The position numbers and the translations under genes were made by a program. A stretch of 64,000 nucleotides of DNA from Heteronotia binoei. Its lineage: Eukaryota. The notes below the pieces were generated by a model. The model did no database searches and was not told where the DNA came from. It worked only from the letters and a program-made list of their open reading frames with translations. Shown one piece after another: positions 60,673-64,000 of this stretch. Position 1 is the stretch's first letter; the number at the start of each line of letters is the position of its first letter. The DNA lies in contig NC_083226.1 of assembly GCF_032191835.1 (NCBI RefSeq), forward strand, positions 16,864,001 to 16,928,000, given 5' to 3'.

Positions 60673-61468
60673 GTAAGAAGGCCGCTTGAACAGTGTGTGG
60701 ATTCCTGGCTCTCAGTAAACCTTCATGAGTCTGACTCTCTGCAATTCTATAAATTCTATAAATATTTTCAGCCACTGTAATGCCAGTCTAGTGCTGCGTC
60801 TGGGCCTAAAGTCATTTTGACGATGGGAACGGTATGATTGTGGCCCTTACCCATTTTGAAGTGCAGTGCAGTTCTTTTGGCCTCCTCAGCCAGAGCACTT
60901 CTGCCTTAGTTACATGCAAGCAGAGAGAGAGGACCCAGGGATACTAGAAAGAAGGATAGGAAAGAGAGGATGAACGGGGGAAGGAGGAGCCCTTGGGGGC
61001 AAATACTAGGCGCCAGCAAACATCTGTGTAGTCTTGTTTTCCTCTCACCCAGTTGCGTGAGTTTTTGTTCTGTTTTGGCACCGCGTCTTTAAGCCGGCTT
61101 TAAGGGACGACAGCTGTGCTATTTGAAATGGGTTGCCTTTCCTCGCTGATAATGTACCAACTCCATCCTCTGAGGAAAATGAAGGCCTATCAAAACGGCA
61201 ATAGGAATTATGAACTCTGTTCAGAAAACTGGAATGACTTTATGCAGATAAAGCTTACTTGCCGTCTGTCTGCAGTGGGGAACCCCCTGCACACCAGCCC
61301 ATTTTGCTTAGTATCCAGGGCTGTTCTCAGCCCAAGTAACTGAGGTGTTTTGAGGCGCTTATTCCTCCTCGTCCACACAGCCACCAGCTGAGTCTGAGGT
61401 GAGGTTCTTGGTAGCGTTGCATGGTTCAGCTTGGCTCTCCATGTGGCCAAGTACAATCCTTGTCTCTT

Positions 61469-61640
61469 TCCCTTACACACACACCCTTTTGTGTGCCGGC
61501 CAGGTCAAGTGTTGCGTTGTCTATTCTCCCTTACACACACACCCTTTTGTGTGCCGGCCAGGTCAAGTGTTGCGTTGTCTATTCTCCCTTACACACACAC
61601 CCTTTTGTGTGCCGGCCAGGTCAAGTGTTGCGTTGTCTAT
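61469..61640. repeat. 3 x 58-bp tandem repeat
   Basis: tcccttacacacacacccttttgtgtgccggccaggtcaagtgttgcgttgtctattc. Confidence 0.95.
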
Positions 61641-62069
61641 CCTCCGACATCAGAGACTAAATGGCAGCTTAGCTGTGGTGAGGAGCTAATGTATTGTTTC
61701 AAATGTCAGCAGTTTTTGAGTCTTGTAGCGCTCTGGAGAACTGCAGGGCCTACCAGTCAGCGTATCCTCAAAGCAAACTGCTGCTTTGGTGAAATAATGA
61801 ACATACCTCTGCAAATCCAAAGAGCCTGTTCCTATGGAGTTTGGAGTGCATCTCCTTCTCTAGAAAAAAGAAATACTAGGAAGTAGTGACCCCCAAAAGG
61901 ATCTGTTTTCCTCCTCCAAAGTCTTCTCAAGCAGACAATTCTGGCTTGATGATAGGTGTTGAGTATAAACGAAGAAATGATACTCAGCTATTATAACCCC
62001 CCCCCGTCCCCTTTTCCAGACCATAGCCCCTTTCTCCCCTGCATTTTGGGCCAGACAGATGACACACTG

Positions 62070-62570
62070 AACAAAGGAGTCAAGGAGCACCTTTAAGACT
62101 AACAAACTTTTATTCAGAATGTGCTCTTAAGCACACTTCTTCAGACGAGGAATGAGGTACAGTAAGCAGAGCTACATATAGCTGGTGGGGTTTAGAATGC
62201 AAAGTGGTACAAAGTGAAAATCCAAAAGCAGAATTGTAAAATGAACAAATTCAGAAAACCTTTGATCTGGGTTGCATTAGCATGGGAAACCAATAAAACA
62301 GTAACACGTGAGAATGTCTGTTAGTTATTCTATTGCTAATAAGTCTGGGTCAAAACGAGGGCATTTCTTTCCCAGAAGTTTTTCCTGTCCAACATTTACC
62401 TTTTGACATGTAGCAAATATAGACATCATTCTAGTTTGCCATTAGAAAAAAAAATAAAATATCGTGGAAGATGGGTTTAGTATATGTAATGAGAAAAACA
62501 GCCAATATCCCTTGTTGGAGTATGTTAATACAAAAACAATATTCTATGATCAGAGAGCTTCCATTGTACA
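62070..62570 (-). mobile_element. Penelope-like element fragment
   Basis: agcacctttaagactaacaaactttattc...cacttcttcagac, the reverse of the Penelope-type end at 8290-8400. Confidence 0.55.
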
Positions 62571-63945
62571 GGTTTTTGGCCTGCGTTGCCTTTTGAGCAG
62601 CGTTCCCTCTAAGCTGAGTTAGTGTGAGCTAACTCATAGTTTTTTAACTTCCGGCTCACATGTTTTTTGTCGCAGTTCAGGAAAAATGGCCCCCGAGCAA
62701 ATGCAGCAGGTCACAGCTTTAATACTAGTAGCCAACAAAGTAGAATTTTTGCTCACAAGACTCCAAGACTTAAAAGGTTTGCAGGATTATGCATGGGATA
62801 GAGAAGAGAGAGAAAGAAGTACTTTTCTCCCTTTCTCACAATACGAGAACTCGTGGGCATTCCATGAAATTGCTGAGCAGTCGGGTTAGAACGGATAAAA
62901 GGAAGTCCTTCTTCACCCAAAGGGTGATTAACATGTGGAATTCACTGCCACAGGAGGTGGTGGCAGCTGCAAGCAGAGATGGCTTCAAGAGGGGATTGGA
63001 TAAACATATGGAGCAGAGGTCCATCAGTGGCTATTAGCAGCAGCGTATTGTTGGAACTCTCTGTCTGGGGCAAGTGATGCTCTGTATTCTTGCTTGGGAG
63101 GGGCAACAGTGCGAGGACTTCTAGTGTCCTGGCCTCACTGATGGGCCTCCTGATGGCACCTGGTGGGTTTTTTTGGCCACTGTGTGACAGTGTTTGACTG
63201 GATGGGCCATTGACCTGATCCTAGCTTCTCTTATGTTCACGTTAGAGGGAGTGTTGATTCAGAGTGAGGCAGCAGGGAGGGCTATGAGTGAGATAAGCTT
63301 CCTCGTCACAATTTTTCTGAACTTGAAAGGACTGGTGGGTGGGGAGGCTGCTGTTTGGAGAAAGCAACAGATGCCGGATCACAGGAGGTCAGCACGTGGT
63401 CCCTTTTGGCCTTCACGGAGGCTGGTTAAAGCACCCTGGTAGCCCTCATATTCGAAGGGCGTTTATGTTAGGCCGTTTTAATGTGCTTCCTTCTGCCGTG
63501 TTATAGGGAGGTTTAAAAAAATACCATTCTTCGATAGGCTATGTCCCTGTGGGCTGAAGGAAACTGAAGGAACAGACCATGTACTTTTATCCTGTAGATT
63601 CTACTGTGATTTACGTGCATCTTATCCGGATCCCATATTGCAATCCCTGGAGGGGATGAAAGCAAGATAGGGATTCCCATATTGAATCCCTGGATGAAAG
63701 CAAGATAGTGAGTCTAGTAGCCTCAAAGAAGGCTGAAACCATCGAAGTGGTGGCAAACTTCCTTTTACTGCGCTTACAGGAGGAGAAGTCTGTTTAGAAT
63801 ATTTAATTTAACCACCTTTTTCCCTGCTTCCTTGATTTGATACTGCTGTTGTTATGCCAATAAAGGTTCTGTGACTGAGAACCCTGGTAGGCGATAAAAG
63901 GCGGCCAGATCAAGGTGCTTCCTGCCTCTCTTTTCTTCCCCGCAG

Positions 63946-64000
63946 AATCCACCAGGAGAGAGCCGGATCACAAAGAGAGGTCTTCTGTCTCGGGCAAACC
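63946..64000 (+). CDS. SPICE1: Probable SPICE1 exon 13 start (runs off the window)
   Basis: Strong polypyrimidine tract and cgcag acceptor; phase-1 frame open (ESTRREPDHKERSSVSGK); no recognisable homology in so short a piece. Confidence 0.5.

Overview
Vertebrate genomic DNA, repeat-rich. The SINE, CR1, BovB and hAT-MITE content points to a squamate, probably a gecko (inference). The left half is a tandem duplication (offset about 20.3 kb) of an NPR2/GC-B-like natriuretic peptide receptor gene on the + strand. Exons 4-6 of an upstream copy lie at 847-2291, and a six-exon copy lies at 16307-22612. Both copies encode ligand-binding ectodomain only: I find no transmembrane, kinase-homology or guanylate-cyclase exons after exon 6, and there is no assembly gap between the second copy and the next gene. 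They therefore look like genes for a secreted receptor ectodomain with a remodelled ligand pocket, which is the best candidate for an undescribed system here. The right half (from 35876) is SPICE1: 12 phase-consistent coding exons plus a probable 13th at the window edge. Also present are a TSD-flanked composite hAT element carrying a palindromic minisatellite, a 387-N gap and a CR1-tail array; a double-hairpin tandem repeat; tetrameric-head SINEs; and several long inverted repeats.
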